Shown: positions 1 to 14,258, numbered from the stretch's first letter. The stretch is DNA of 64,000 nt from Octopus vulgaris (GCA_951406725.2 OX597831.1:48918001-48982000), one strand, 5' to 3'. Program-made: numbers and translations. The notes: generated by a model not told the origin, from the letters alone.

Positions 1-94
1 AATTTGAACTCAGAATGTAAAGGTGGACGAAATACCACTAAGCATTCTGTTCAGCATGCTAACAATTCTGCCAGCTTGCTGTCTTATTTGCGAA

Positions 95-112
95 TATATA
101 TATATATATGTA

Positions 113-148
<36 letters not shown>

Positions 149-176
149 TATATATATGTATGTATGTATATATAAA

Positions 177-266
<90 letters not shown>

Positions 267-345
267 ATATATATATGTATATATAATATGTATATATGTA
301 TATATGTATATCTCTTATGATAATATATATATATATAGATATATC
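95..345. repeat. Compound (TA)n/(TATG)n/(TG)n microsatellite
   Basis: Direct inspection; source of the I/Y-rich pseudo-ORFs at 4..351. Confidence 0.95.
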
Positions 346-463
346 ACGTGATCACGTGACCGACCAGACCATCGTTGTTACACATCGCTGGTCACAATGC
401 GTTCACATTGTTTTAGCCTTCGAATGACGTCACCTCGCTGGCTAAGCGAGCAGGCCAATATAG

Positions 464-509
<46 letters not shown>

Positions 510-530
510 TCATAATAATAATAATGATAT

Positions 531-563
<33 letters not shown>

Positions 564-736
564 TAATTGTTATTATTATTATTATAATTAATATATTGAT
601 ATATATATTGATGTGGAAAATGCATGCATCAGTAAGAAGACAAATAAACCAGATTGATTTTGAAAGTCTTTTTTAAGTATTTATTCTGCCTGACTTAAAC
701 AAACATGTTTTTTTGTTTTCTCATTTTCTCTATCAG

Positions 737-778
737 GAAAGCAGTGAACCAAAGGTCAGCCCCAGTGTAGACCTATAA
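737..778 (+). CDS. Candidate terminal coding exon of an upstream gene (ESSEPKVSPSVDL* if phase 0)
   Basis: Strong polypyrimidine tract plus CAG acceptor (tttttttgttttctcattttctctatcag) followed by a short open frame, a stop and AT-rich sequence with AATAAA. No homology recognised. Confidence 0.25.
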   Translation, partial: ESSEPKVSPSVDL

Positions 779-2029
779 TCAACATCCCTATTGTTCACAA
801 AATACTTGATATGAAAATAATAATAAATAGATAAATGTAGACAAATGGAGTTATTTATGAGAAAACGAAGCAGCTAAAAAGAAATCCAACATAAATCAAG
901 TGACTATTTATTCATTTATTTATAATGAAAAATGTTACTTTTTAAACAGCTATTGCTCATAGTCTTTTCTCAATATAGCAGCTGCATTCTCTTAATTGCT
1001 TCATTAAGATTCTGAAATATAATCAGGGAATGGGGAATTTCAATGTTTTGCCAAATGTATAATGTGAATCTAAAAGAAAAAAAATAACATAAGTGTTTAG
1101 GATTAGAAACACGAGGTTTTATTGCTTAACAGGGCAAATTACACAGGTGATTTACTACATGGATAATACAGAGATTTAATAAGATTATGTAAGGAAATGT
1201 GGAAGATTGGATAAAAGAAGAACTTACATCAAGAGAAGATGTCTAATACACACCATCAGTGATATATAGAACACTGACAATTACTAATGCAAATTTTAGT
1301 TGAATATTTCTCCCTTCTATTTATTTTTAATCTGTCTATTCCTGAACATTGACAGAAGATTATGTAAATAGAAAATTGTCTTATAATGACTGAGTTAATA
1401 ATAACTTCTTTTTCTTGCCTGGAAATGGAAAAGAAGCAATTAGAAATTTCATAAAAGTTATAAACTAAGCGTTTAAATAATTAAATTACAGGCTGTGATT
1501 GGCTGTTGGTCACGATTTAGAGTTTTTTTATTCCATTTACTGTAGTAATCTATAGTAATCTCCCTTGCAAGCAATGCATGCCTTTAACAGCTTTATGGTT
1601 TTGCGTAGAGATTTTTATTTACTTTTCCTTTTTAGCATACTAAATCGTGTGTGATTGTGTATGTGTTTTACATAGTCAGACAGGCAATAAATCATTTTAA
1701 AGTTTATTTGAAATGTCTTAAAATATTATTAGGTAAATCTCTTTCCCAAATAAGAGATGTTAGTGCAGAAGGAACGAAAAAAATCATAAAAAAGCTAAAG
1801 GAGATCCTCATAATAAACTGTTCTCTTTCAGGTTAGGGGCTTACATGACTGTTTGTACATAAAGTAATACATATATAAACAAGTCAATATTAAATGGCAG
1901 GATCACTTAATACTTTTGAGTAGAGTACACATTAAATTTTATGAGGGAAAAGTTGAAAGTGATTTTGCAGATAGAACGTCAAAGCCATTGGCAACATTTT
2001 CTTTTTAAAAATATAAGTGTATGAAATAA

Positions 2030-2030
2030 C

Positions 2031-2119
<89 letters not shown>

Positions 2120-2135
2120 TAATAATAATAATAAT
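2030..2135. repeat. (AAT)n microsatellite
   Basis: About 35 AAT units; gives the poly-Ile ORFs. Confidence 0.95.
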
Positions 2136-2139
2136 CTTT

Positions 2140-2358
2140 TCTACTCTAGGCACAAGGTCTGAAAATTTTGAAAATTTTGAGGATGGAACCAGTCAATTAG
2201 ATCGATCCCCAGTACGTAACTGGTACTTGATTTATCGACCCACATCATCCCCCCCCCCACTAAAGGATGAAAGGCAGAATTTGAACTCAGAATGTAAAGA
2301 CAGATGAAATATAAGCATTTCAACCGGTGTGCTAACAATTTTGCCAGCTCGCGGCCTT
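2140..2358 (-). mobile_element. SINE family A copy
   Basis: Reverse complement of GGCGAGCTGGCA...TTCTGAGTTCAAATT...GCCTTTCATCC...GTCGATAAA..GTACCAG, which recurs more than 10 times in the window. Confidence 0.8.
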
Positions 2359-2359
2359 C

Positions 2360-2398
<39 letters not shown>

Positions 2399-2714
2399 TC
2401 ATAGATGGAATTTATAGATATGTTAATGCATTGCTATGCACATTCCTACAAATCAGATGTTTCTTACAATCATAGTCCATATTCCTGGGAGATTACAGTA
2501 CAGTCCATAGTATTTATAAATGTATAAATACTATCCATAGATTATTATTATTATTATTATTATTACTATATTTATTCTAGGTTGTATCAACACAGCTCAG
2601 TACCAGCTCAAAAAACTGCTATTGCCAGTTGTTATCATTAGGCGGTAGCCAGAATTATAAAATAAGAACTTTTACATGCATATTCAAAAACACTTCCCAT
2701 AAATGAACTTAAAG

Positions 2715-3152
2715 GATAGTTGGATGTTAGTTTGAGCCAGGGTCCATTTGAGCTGGTCTTTAAAATGGAATTGCAGACCTCCTCTGGGTCTTGTTCCAGT
2801 TGCAAATTCTCCATAGAGCATAATCCTCAGGAGATGAGAAGGCTTCATACGCTGGACATGACCTGCCCAGCAGAGACAATGGTGAAGAATGGTGGCTTCA
2901 ATGCTTGGCAGTGAGGCATGGCAAAGAACCTCGTTATTGGTTATGTAATCTTCCATTTGGGTATTGAGGATCTGTCATAGCTTGGATTGCTGGAAGCATT
3001 CAAGGCATTTGAAGTCACAGTGGCACAGCATCCAAGTTTCACAAGCATAGAGAAGAGATGACAGGACAATGGCACTAAAGACCATGATCTTTGTCCAGAT
3101 GGTCAGCATGTGATTGAAGAATATATGTTGGCTGAGTCTACCAAAGGCGGGG
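2715..3152 (-). mobile_element. RTE-clade (BovB-like) LINE ORF2 3' fragment, pseudogenised
   Basis: Translation AFGRL...TKIMVFSAIVLSSLLYACETW...ITNNEVL..ASLPSIEA..L.WAGHVQRM....L.RIMLYGE...G.RPRGG...FKDQLK is typical of the RTE post-RT region; one in-frame stop. Confidence 0.85.
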
Positions 3153-3647
3153 GTATGTGTATATATATATACACACACACACACATATATATATACATAT
3201 CTACATATATATATACATATATATATATATATCATAAAAACACTATATATATATATATTTAAAATCACAATAAGGGTGAAAAAATTGAATATTAATTAAT
3301 AACATCAATTTAAAACACCAAGTGGTCTAGCGTAAAAAAAACTGTGATACAGTCTAGCGTAAAAAAAAACTGTGATACAGTAATAATTAATAATTTATAT
3401 ATATATGTGTGTGTGTGTGTATGCATATTCTAGATTAAAGGGGATTTAGAAATTTAAGTGGTTTTGTCACTCAGTACTAATATAGTGCACAGAATTGCAT
3501 TGAAAACCATTCGATACAAACTGATATCCCAGGCAATTTATTAGACATAGAGTATAATATACTAAGTCAAAGAACAGTGGGGTTATGATACCATCACCAC
3601 CATTCTTGGACTTCGTATATATATATGTGTGTGTGTGTTTGTGTGTG

Positions 3648-3945
3648 AAGGCACATGGCTCAGTGGTTAAGGTGTTGTACTCATGATTGCAAGACCGTGG
3701 GTTCAATTCCCAGACCAGGCAATGCATTGTGTTCTTCAGCAAAGCACTTCATTTCACATTGCTCTGTGATCATTTCAACAACTGACATGTGGCACCCATT
3801 GCACCTGTACAGGTAAGGTTGATTTGATAGAGGGAATGAGCTTATGCGTACACAAACATTTGATCACTATAAACAAATCATCTGAGTGGTTGTCCAGTAA
3901 GAAATTGTTGAACCCTCATACGTCATCTAATGACAAGAGAGTCCA
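3648..3945 (+). mobile_element. tRNA-derived SINE (family C)
   Basis: A box TGGCTCAGTGG and B box GGTTCAATTCC; related copies near 15765 and 40652. Confidence 0.7.
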
Positions 3946-5878
3946 TCATATACATATAGCGACTGTTGTGGTCTTATGTACACCATCTAAGGTATTGGAT
4001 TGGTAAAATCATTAGAAAATCAAATAAAATGCTGTACAATATTTATTTTGGTTTGATATTTATTCCGAGTTCAAGGTGTTGAGTTGGCAAAATCGTTAGC
4101 ACATGCGGGCAGTATGCTTAGCAGCATTTCATCCGTATTTATGTGAGTTCAAATTCCACTCAAGTAAACTTTGCCTATCATCCTTTCAAGGTCGATAAAG
4201 TAAGTACCAGTCAAGCACTGCGGATGATGTAATTGACTCACCATCTCTCACAAACATGCTGAATTTGTGCCAAAGATTGAAACCAATATTTATTCTGAGT
4301 TCAAATCTCATCAAGGCCAACTTTGTTTTCCCTCCTTTAAGGGTCAACAAAATAAAGTACCAGTTTTAGGGTGATGTATTAGTTGAAATATTTGAACACT
4401 GGGCAAATTGACTTGCAATATATCATTTGTCCTGGCTCCTTACATTACATGAAGTTGCACAGACCAGTAATTCAGGTGTTGGGCTCACAATCATAAGTGC
4501 ATGAGTTCAATTCCAGAATTGGGCAGAATGTTGTATCTGTAAGCAAAGTATTTCATTTCATGTAGCTTTAGTCACAAAATAACTACTGAGTGTTGGTGCA
4601 GTGCTTTCTTCCCTTCAGCTGCCATATCCTAGGTGTTCTACTATGTAAATGGATGAGAGGGTTGAGAATATATTAGTTTGTCTATGTTTGCTTGTACCTA
4701 AAGGTACCTGAAACAATCGCTGAAAGCATGGTACGTGCTATGAAACCATGCTCACTTGCAAGCAATGGCAGTATCTGTGTAAACTTTATATAACAAATTC
4801 ACTTTCTATAATACTGCTATCATACCTTTCTCTCAGGGCAATATCAACAAAATGGAGTGAAGAGATCTATTACATGGCTGACTACTGGCTTTCCATAATG
4901 AAAATTCCTTCCCCAGGCCTGGCACCATGGAAAGGAACTTTTTAGACACAAGTATATCGTCAGCTTTAACCACTGGAGGAGGCCTTAGAGTTGTATTATC
5001 TTGCCTGTTTTTGTTAAAGAATTGTTGTACATTACTCATAAAATTTGCTGTACATAAATCTAGCCAGTTCTGTAACACAAACTGGTTATATTTATGTGCA
5101 ACAATAAAGCATTTAGATAACATTTTCAGACTTTTCTTCTGAATAGCTTTTTTTTTTTTTTGCTTTGTTTTGTTTCCTGTTTTTATTTTTCTGTGGGTTG
5201 ATTGCAATTTGTTCTTTTTCAACTGTTTCATGTTCATTGCTTATTACTCGTTTCTCTTATTTAAGAGACAACGGAGATAAGTTATTACATTAATTATGTC
5301 ATAAACTTCACAAGATCTAACACACACTCACACACTATTACACTCAGTGATACATACTTATGCACTTAGTAGTAGAGACATACACACCCATATATATATA
5401 TGTAATTATAATGAAATGCATACATACAGTAATACAGATGTGGAACACAGTAACACAAATATGTAGCCACACATCAATATAAATGTAATAATACAGACAC
5501 ATAGTTATATATCAATATGCACAGAATAATGCAGATGTACACATTTTTACATACAGTTATACTGGCACACAGAGTAATACAAACACATATGCATATACAA
5601 TTTATTGCATGTGCACACACTTTTACATATATTGTAATACTGGTTTCAAATTTTGGCACAAAGTCAGCAATTTGGGGGAGGGGGTATGTCGGTTACATCA
5701 ATCCCTGTGTGCAATACAAACGCATTGTGCATCTACATAAATTCATTTTTACCTCCGGGAAGGGGTGATCCATCTTAATCTGGCCTCTATCCTATGACCT
5801 GTCCAGCATGGGAAGGTCTAAAAGGGACTTGTTCTCTGCTAGCATAGTTCTCTCTGAATCACTGAGGCATGCAAGCCA

Positions 5879-6142
5879 CCACAGCACAAGGACTGCATCA
5901 TGTGGTGGCAATAAAATAAAGTACTTGACAAATACTGGGGTGGGGGTCAATCAAATTAGCTGTTCCCCTGAATACAATAAAAAAAAAGAATTCATAGTCT
6001 TCTGATTATGTTAGATATCCTTTTGGTTGTTATGACTCTATCTCAAATGTAAGAACTAAAATTTACTTGACATGTTTATTACAAGAAATACATAAAACAT
6101 GTGTGTACACCATTCCAGTTGGTTGACAACTTTCACTGAAAT
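5879..6142 (+). repeat. Local duplication, copy 1 (copy 2 = 7779-7897 plus 8594-8728, split by SINE insertions)
   Basis: Shared cacagcacaa...aataaaataaagtacttgacaaatact...gttagatatccttttggttgttatga...ttgacaactttcactgaaa. Confidence 0.85.
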
Positions 6143-6321
6143 GATGAAAGGCAAAGGTGACCTTGGTGAATTTGAACTCAAATGTAAAAATGGATGACAT
6201 GCCACAGAACATTTTGTCTGGTGTGCTAATGATTCTGCGCCAGTTAACCACTTTACACATATTGTAAAATTCACACAAATACAGTCATACACATTGTAAT
6301 ACTCTCACACATACACACACC

Positions 6322-6982
6322 TAGTAATACACACGTGCACATATAGTCATATGAATACATGCACACACATAGTAATACACACGTGCACATATAGTCATAT
6401 GAATACATGCACACACATAGTAATACACACGTGCACATATAGTCATATGAATACATGCACACACATAGTAATACACACGTGCACATATAGTCATATGAAT
6501 ACATGCACACACATAGTAATACACACGTGCACATATAGTCATATGAATACATGCACACACATAGTAATACACACGTGCACATATAGTCATATGAATACAT
6601 GCACACACATAGTAATACACACGTGCACATATAGTCATATGAATAACATGCACACACATAGTAATACACACGTGCACAGTCATATGAATACATGCACACA
6701 CATATAATACACATGTGCACATATAGTCATATGAATACATGCACACACATAGTAATACACACACATATACATATGAATACATGCACACACATAGTAATAC
6801 ACACGTGCACATATAGTCATATGAATACATACACACACATAGTAATACACACGTGCACATATAGTCATATGAATACATGCACACACATAGTAATACACAC
6901 GTGCACATATAATCATATGAATACATGCACACACATAGTAATACACATGTGCACATATAGTCATATGAATACATGCACACAT
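6322..6982. repeat. 48-bp minisatellite, about 14 units
   Basis: Unit TAGTAATACACACGTGCACATATAGTCATATGAATACATGCACACACA; period 48 (6322, 6370, 6418...). Confidence 0.95.
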
Positions 6983-7904
6983 TAATCAACACACACTCAG
7001 AGACAGATACATGTCTACATAATAATATTGTAATGTATCGTGCTGTTTTCTTAGTAATGTATTGATGTAGAATGCATGATAAAAAGATGGACAGTCAGTT
7101 GTTAATAGCATCAAAGCATTTATAAAACAGCCTTTTGGAAGTGGGTATAAATACAATTAAGCAACAAAAAAGCAGGAAAATCAGGAAAGCAAAAATTCAT
7201 AATAGTTCTTCATAGACAGGTAAACATCCTGAAAGTTCATATAATAATAGTACAGATAAAAGAGAGGAAGATACAAGTATTTGAGACAGATGGCCACGTG
7301 ATTAAGGAATTAGCTTCACAATTACAAAGTTCCAGGTTCAATTCCACTGAGCAAGAGTAGGGCAGTGACGATGATGATCATCATCATCCAATGTTTTAAG
7401 TCCAGGTTTTGTCCCCATTAATGGGGGGTGGCCAGATCTACCTCAATGCCATAGCAACCAAGGTCGGCAGGTACAGCCCATCCCAACCTTTGGGCTGGCT
7501 GGTACCCATTCTCCTTTGTTGTCATAAGGCTTTTTTGGAGCTGGATTTTCTACAGGGAGCATGCCCTTGCTTAGCCCCAACCTCAATTTCTCGACATGAG
7601 TGTTCCCGAGACCAAGGCCGCTACCATGATTTTTAAGAACTGTGGAGGAAAACTAGCTCAGGAAGGCAGGGACGCTACCCCCTGAGACCCCTCTCAGAGG
7701 CCCCCTACCTCAAGAGATGATAAAATAAGTAGAATATGAATGAACTACTTTAATTTCAGCAGCTACCCCAGACTATTCCACAGCACAACTAGGACTGCAC
7801 CTTATGGTGGAAATAAAATAAAGTACTTGACAAATACTAGGGTCAATCAAATTAGCTGTTCTCCTGCCCACAATAAAAAAGGAATTCCTAGTTTTCTGTC
7901 TATT

Positions 7905-8380
7905 CCTTTATTCTTTTACTTGTTTCAATTATTTGACTGTGGCTATGCTGGAGCACCACCTTACAGGGTTTTAGTCAAAGAAATCAACTCCCAGGAATTA
8001 TTCTTTGTAAGCCTAATACTAATTCTATCAGTCTTTTTCGAAGCCACTAAGTTACATACCAACATCGGTTGTCAAGTGATGGTGGGAGTACAAATACAGA
8101 CACAAAGACACACACACACAAATATATACATATTTATTTATATACATGTATATATATTCTTTTATTCTTCTATTCTATTACTTGTTTCAGTCATTTGACA
8201 GCAGCCATGCTCGAGCACCACCTTTAGTCAAGCTTAGGACTTAGTCTTTGTAAGCCTAGTGCTTATTCTATTGGTCTCTTTTGCCGAACCACTAGGTTAT
8301 GGGAATGTAAACACACTTGCATTGGTTGTCAAGCGATACTGCGGGGACAAACACGGGCATACACACACACACACACACGC

Positions 8381-8420
<40 letters not shown>

Positions 8421-8593
8421 GTCCAATGAGCTTCTTTCATGTTCTGTCTACCAAATCCACTCACAAGGCTTTGGTCAGCCCAAGGCCAGAGGCTATAGTA
8501 GAAGACACTTGCCCGAGGTACCATGCAGTGGGACTGAACCCAGAACCATGGTTGGGAAACAAGCTTCTTACCACACAACCACTTCTGTGCCTG
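7905..8593 (-). mobile_element. SINE family B (tRNA head, CCTTGGGCAAGT-type core, TG-repeat spacer), with a duplicated 3' part
   Basis: Matches the intact copy at 61445-61859; two successive 3' segments (ttttacttgtttca...). Confidence 0.8.
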
Positions 8594-11529
8594 TGTTAGA
8601 TATCCTTTTGGTTGTTATGATTCTATTTCAAATGTGAAAACTAAAATTTATTTGACATGTTTATAATAAGAAACATGTAAAACACGTGTTTACACCATTC
8701 CAGGTTATTGACAACTTTCACTGAAAATATCCTGGAGTTAGCTTAAATAAAAAAATAAAATTAATTCGTACTTGCTAGCAGGTGATATGAGTTGAGATGG
8801 TGTTAAAACAGAAACAATTATATTATGGAAAAGTTGCTTTAGCTATTTGACAGCATACAAAAACTCTTACATTCTCTTTCCATATATTTCTTGAGGTGTT
8901 GGAATTTTCACTGCACAACTGCAACCTGACCAATATCAAAGTTCCATGGTAGAACTTAAGATTACTATGACCTGGTTACACGCACAGTTCCATCATAGAA
9001 TTGTCAATGATTAGGTTTCAGTTCTGCAATGAAAAATTTGATAAATCAAGAAATAAATTAAAATTTAAATTAACAGATGTGTGTGTGTGTGTTTAAATGG
9101 CTAACAAAATTAATCGAACATAGTTAGAAGCTCCACCTGATCTTCATAAATAAATTTTAAGTTTATTGTGGATCCTAGTTTTGTTTCACATATGTGTGTG
9201 TATGTGTGCAGTGTGTTTGAGTGTGTGTGTGTGCGTGCATGTGTGCATGTGTGCATGTGTGCATGTGTGCGCATGTATGTGTTATTAATCATGCCTCTTT
9301 TTTTTATGGTTTTGTTTGGAGGAAGCTATTGTATCCATGGTTCTTGAAAACATCTTCAAGACTAGTCAGATTGTTGTGTTTGATATTTCTCAACAACTGC
9401 AGGGAAAAACATTAGCAAGGAAAGAATTGACATTGGTGTTCAGGGAAAGAAGAATTCAGTGCAATGATTTCCATAGTGCCTGGAAATGGGAGCAGATGCA
9501 AATTGGGTGATCAGAAGAAAAGGATCAGGTAGATCCCCAGGGAATAAAGTTTCAAAACTAGATCCTTTATAAATAGTTGAAGTTTCTATAAGATGGAGAA
9601 GTACCAAAAATGGTAAGATCTTAGCACTAAAATCCAAATTATCTGGACAATATTTAGTTCCATTTTCCTGTATCAGGGTTCCAAATACAACCAAGGGTGG
9701 TGTTAACCTTCAATCCTGGTGAGATGGAGCTCAGAATGCAAATGAATGAAATGAAGGTAATTTTTCAGTTTTTATCCCTTTGGAATCTGAGTTCAAATCT
9801 TTCCAGAGCCAACTTCACCTATCTTTCTTGAGCAATTAAAATAAATATTGCTAGTGCACTAGAGTTGATATTAGCTATTATGATTCTTTCTACTAAAGGC
9901 ACAAACCCCCAAATCCTGGAGGAGAAGGGACTAGTCGATTACATCACTGGTACTTAATTTATCGACCCTGAAAAGACAAAAGGCAAAGTCAACCTCAGTA
10001 GAATTTTAACTCAGAACATAAAGACAAACAAAATTCCGCTAAGCATTTCGCCTGGTGTGCTAACGATTCTGCCAGCTCATCACCTTATATCATCTATTAT
10101 AATGATAAGCTTTATGTCAATTTTTTTTTTATGAATATTTTATGACTTTGTTTACAAACAGGATGTAGTTATAGCAATGTGATAAAGCCATTCACTTCAC
10201 AATCACATAGGGACAATATCATTTACCTGACATATCATTGAATTGGCCAGTGCCTTTTCAATGGAATTTGGTAAACAGAAACTGCACAGAAGCCTGTAGT
10301 ATATGTATCTGTATGTATCTTTTAATTAACGATAAAAACATTGTTGTTATTTTGAATGAGGGTAATCTGTGCAATATTTCTATGTCATTCTATCAGAAAT
10401 ATAGAGAACCAGTGATTGGCAAATTGGAAACTTTGGTAACCAACACTGCTATTGTTCACAAAATGCAATATAAAATGTAATAAATAAATAAATCTATAAA
10501 TAAATAAACTATGAGTGTAGGGCAGGTTTATAAATTTTCAGGAATGCAAACTGTTTAAACAAACAAAAAAAAGTTCATAAAATGAAGAAGCATTTTTTCA
10601 ATAAAATATATTTTAAAATATTATAATAAATAAAGATATTATCATAGATAAAGGAAAAATAAAGACTCACTAAACTGGATTCATAATGTATAAATTATTT
10701 TCATTTTTGATCAGACTATTAATGTCATCTTTAGTGCATAAAATGTTTTAATATCTACATCAAAACTTAGTTTCAACAAAATGAAATTATTAATAGCCCA
10801 GAAAAATATAATTGTGTTAATTATAAGTCATCACAGCTATTTTGACAGGATATTTTATTTGAATACTTTTAATAGACAGAGTTGTTAGCACGTAGGACAA
10901 AATGTTTTATTGTATTTGTTTTAGCTCTTTATGCTATGAGTTCAAATCCTGCCCATGTCAACTATGCCTTTTATACTTTTGAGGGTCAAGCGCATAAAGT
11001 ACCAATCTAGGACTGAATTGACAGAGAGATTAAAGCGTCAGATGAGACACCTTGTGCTGTTTGTTCCAATTCTTTGTATATTACTCCAAATCCGGCTAAG
11101 GTTCACCATTGCCTTTTATCTATTTAGGTTTGATAATATAAAGTACAAATCTCCAGAGGTGAATGAGTAGAATTGTTGGAGGCTTGGACAAGATGCTTTG
11201 TTCTACTTGTTCCGACTCTTTACATTCTGAGTTCAAATCCTACTGAGGCCAACTTTGCCTTTTGTCCTTTTCAGGGTTGATAAAATAAAAGACCATTCCA
11301 GAGACATGAATTGGCAGAATTAGCAGAGAATCAGACTAGATACCTTGTGGTATTTGTTGTGGGTCATTATGTTTGGAGTTCTTGAGATGGTAGATACAGC
11401 ATCATGCCTTTTAATAGTGTATATATATTTAATATGATACAGAGATAGTAGTGTGTGTGTGTGTGTGTGTGTACATATCAACAGTTCTGAACATTAAAAA
11501 TGCTTATATATGGGGCTTATAACAACCAT

Positions 11530-12270
11530 AGTCAAGAAAGTGAGAATTAGCAATTCGGGGACAAATCTAGTGATTTAGAATGCAAGTAGGACTTCTCTAG
11601 GGCTTGGTTCTCAGATTTTTTTTGTTCATTATAATTCAAAAGGTCATAGCAAAAGAATTTAAGACTAGTTGTTCATGGTTTCTTGGGAATGCCTCCATGT
11701 TACTGATCTAGTTCCCTTACCTGTATCTATCACAGAATTAAAGAAGAAATTCCAAACATGGAAACAAAGCCTAGAGTGAATAACTCAAAATAAACATAAC
11801 AACAACGAAAGTTAGTTGGAAGACAAGAACTTCTGATGGCTGAAGCGGCTATATTTGATAATGAGGAAAGGAGTTGGGAAGCATTCTATAAGGTGGTGTG
11901 GCCAAATGCAAACTATGGAAACACAAAAGGACTTATGGCATTACAGGCAGGCTGACAGAAAAGGATGACTTTGTATTTTGTAAGCAGCAAATGCACTGGA
12001 ATAGCTGACAATAAGAGCATCTATGAAATTACTTCTGTCATTTTTTCTGTTGCACAAGGAATTTAATCAGTTGCGATGGTGGATGCTCCAAAAGCATCAT
12101 AGCTGGTGTAAGAATGGAGTAGAAAAAGTTCAGGATGCTAATGGTAATGACGGGATTCTCTCTCCAAAGATGACCAGATTGTTTGTTATTCGTATGTCTA
12201 GTAATATAAAAATGAGCTTATTGCATGCAGTGTTCAAGTGCACTGAAACTCAGTGGAAAAGAATAAAAGA
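11530..12270 (+). mobile_element. Highly decayed RTE-like LINE reverse transcriptase fragment
   Basis: Remnant translation LFIIIQKVIAKEFKTSCSW...DLVPLPVSITELKKKFQTWKQSLE corresponds to the region around YADD; many frameshifts. Confidence 0.6.
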
Positions 12271-12993
12271 GGGGATAAGTCAAGTAAAGAAGGACAGCAA
12301 CGATAGGCAAAAGTGCTTGCACAGTATGAAGAATAAAACAAAAAAAGAAAAAGAAAGAAAAGCGAGTACTAAAAGAGCCATGAGGAGGAAAGGGTGCACA
12401 GGCACATCAGGAGTAGTATTGATGAATTTCAAGACAGCATGAAATTTTTGAAATATGGGCATGGCTGTGTGGTTAGGGAGCTTGCTTCCTAGCTACATGG
12501 TTTCGGGTTCAGTCCCACTGCGTGGCACTTTGGGTAAGTGTCTTCCACTATAGCCCCGAGCCGACCGGAGCTCTGTGATTGAATTTGGTAGGTGGAAGTT
12601 ACTGCCATGTGTGTATGCGTGCGTATAGCTGCTCAGTGCCTCTCCAAAAGAGAGAGAGGGATACTTCATAGTGAAACAAGGGCATTAAAGGTAGAGGATA
12701 TCTGAAGGTTGGGAAGAAATGAAGTGTCTATGCTCTACTTCATGGTTTCTCAACCATTTTTCATCTATGGATCCCTTAGATTACTATTTTATTCTGGTAA
12801 ATCCCTATAGCCATTCAATGTTTAAAAACTAGTTTTATAAAGCATTTTTCAAAATTCCTATTTTGCTTATTTTCACACATTCACTAGTGTAGGTTCATAT
12901 ATGTAAAATGATAGAGAAAGAAACCTTACTGTTTCTTGCAATGCATACCAATACATACATCTAAAACAAAATTATTTTTTCAGAGGCCCTTAA

Positions 12994-13213
12994 CCCTTTA
13001 GCATTCAAACCGGCCATATCTGGCCAAAATATTTAACCTGTTTTATATTGAAACTGACCAGATCTCGCCTCTCACCTCAGCCCTACAATGTCATTCTAAA
13101 ACTAAAAAATCATATCACTGAAATCTCTAAACTACAAGATAATGCATGATTAATTCAAACCATTTTAAATAAACAAACATCACATTTGACAGAATAATCT
13201 GAACACTAAAAGG
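12994..13213. mobile_element. piggyBac-like MITE
   Basis: TTAA|CCCTTTAG...CTAAAAGG|TTAA; an inverted sibling lies at ~22509-22729. Confidence 0.75.
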
Positions 13214-13224
13214 TTAAACTACTA

Positions 13225-13365
13225 TAAGGTTGTCCCAAAAGTTCGTAGAAAGTCTTGGAAAATAATGGTCTTTATTTTGAGGAATAATTTTTGTTGTTTT
13301 TGTTAGTACTTGGCGAGTAAAAATTCAATTTTCGCAAGTGTTTACGAACTTTTGGGACAACCTAA
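13225..13365. mobile_element. Mariner-like MITE
   Basis: TIR AGGTTGTCCCAAAAGTTCGTA / TACGAACTTTTGGGACAACCT, flanked by TA. Confidence 0.85.
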
Positions 13366-13440
13366 TATTTTGGATACTCAATTTACTATTTTGTTGTGTG
13401 GACCCCACAAAATCTTATATGGACCCTCAGAGGTCCATAT

Positions 13441-13505
13441 GTTCTACTTGATTCACTGCTCTACTTGATCCACTGCTCTACTTGATCCACTGTTCTACTT
13501 GATCC
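13441..13505. repeat. 17-bp tandem repeat (CTCTACTTGATCCACTG), about 4 copies
   Basis: Direct inspection. Confidence 0.85.
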
Positions 13506-13997
13506 TCCACATGATCCCTTGCTCTGCTTGACCCATGCTTTCAGTAAGAATGAAAACCAGAATACAAATCAATTGAGAGTAAAAACTGGGTATAAGATTA
13601 ATGAGGTGTGATGTACAAAAGACAATAATGAGCAGGTATGAACATATAAGGTGGATGGAGGATAAAGAAGTACCATGTAATCCAAACTGAAAGAATACCC
13701 GGAGGAACGAGACGAAGGAAGACATTTGAAGAAGTGGCAAAATGTTGATTAGAAGGTGCTGATCCTCATGAAAGTGAAGTGACACTGGTCTTCATTGGAC
13801 AAAGGATGAAATTCTCTACTAGAGGAGACTTGTCCAGTCCATGTGAGAAAGGAGAAAGAGATGTGGAATGATGAATATATTTGTGTGAGTGAGTGCATGT
13901 GTGGATGTGTGTGAGCATGCACATGTGTGCCTTGCTTAGGTGCAGAAAATATCACTCATGCTAGCATGGAAACATTTATATGCATATATATACATGC

Positions 13998-14028
<31 letters not shown>

Positions 14029-14224
14029 TGAATATATATATATATATGTATATATATGCATATATGTATATATATATATATATCTAAACATATTTACAAA
14101 TATTAACTTTTGTGTGTGCATATATATGTATGTATGTGTGTATGTATGTATATATATATATGTGTGTCTATATATATATATATATATATAAACATATTTA
14201 TAAATATTAACTTTTGTATGTATG

Positions 14225-14258
<34 letters not shown>

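Noticed and set aside
6271-6992. Cys/His-rich repetitive proteins, or a CRISPR-like array
   Set aside because: Pure 48-bp tandem repeat with no unique spacers, open in several frames, in a eukaryotic context.
12023-12442. 139-aa ORF
   Set aside because: Lies within decayed RTE LINE sequence; no coherent domain.
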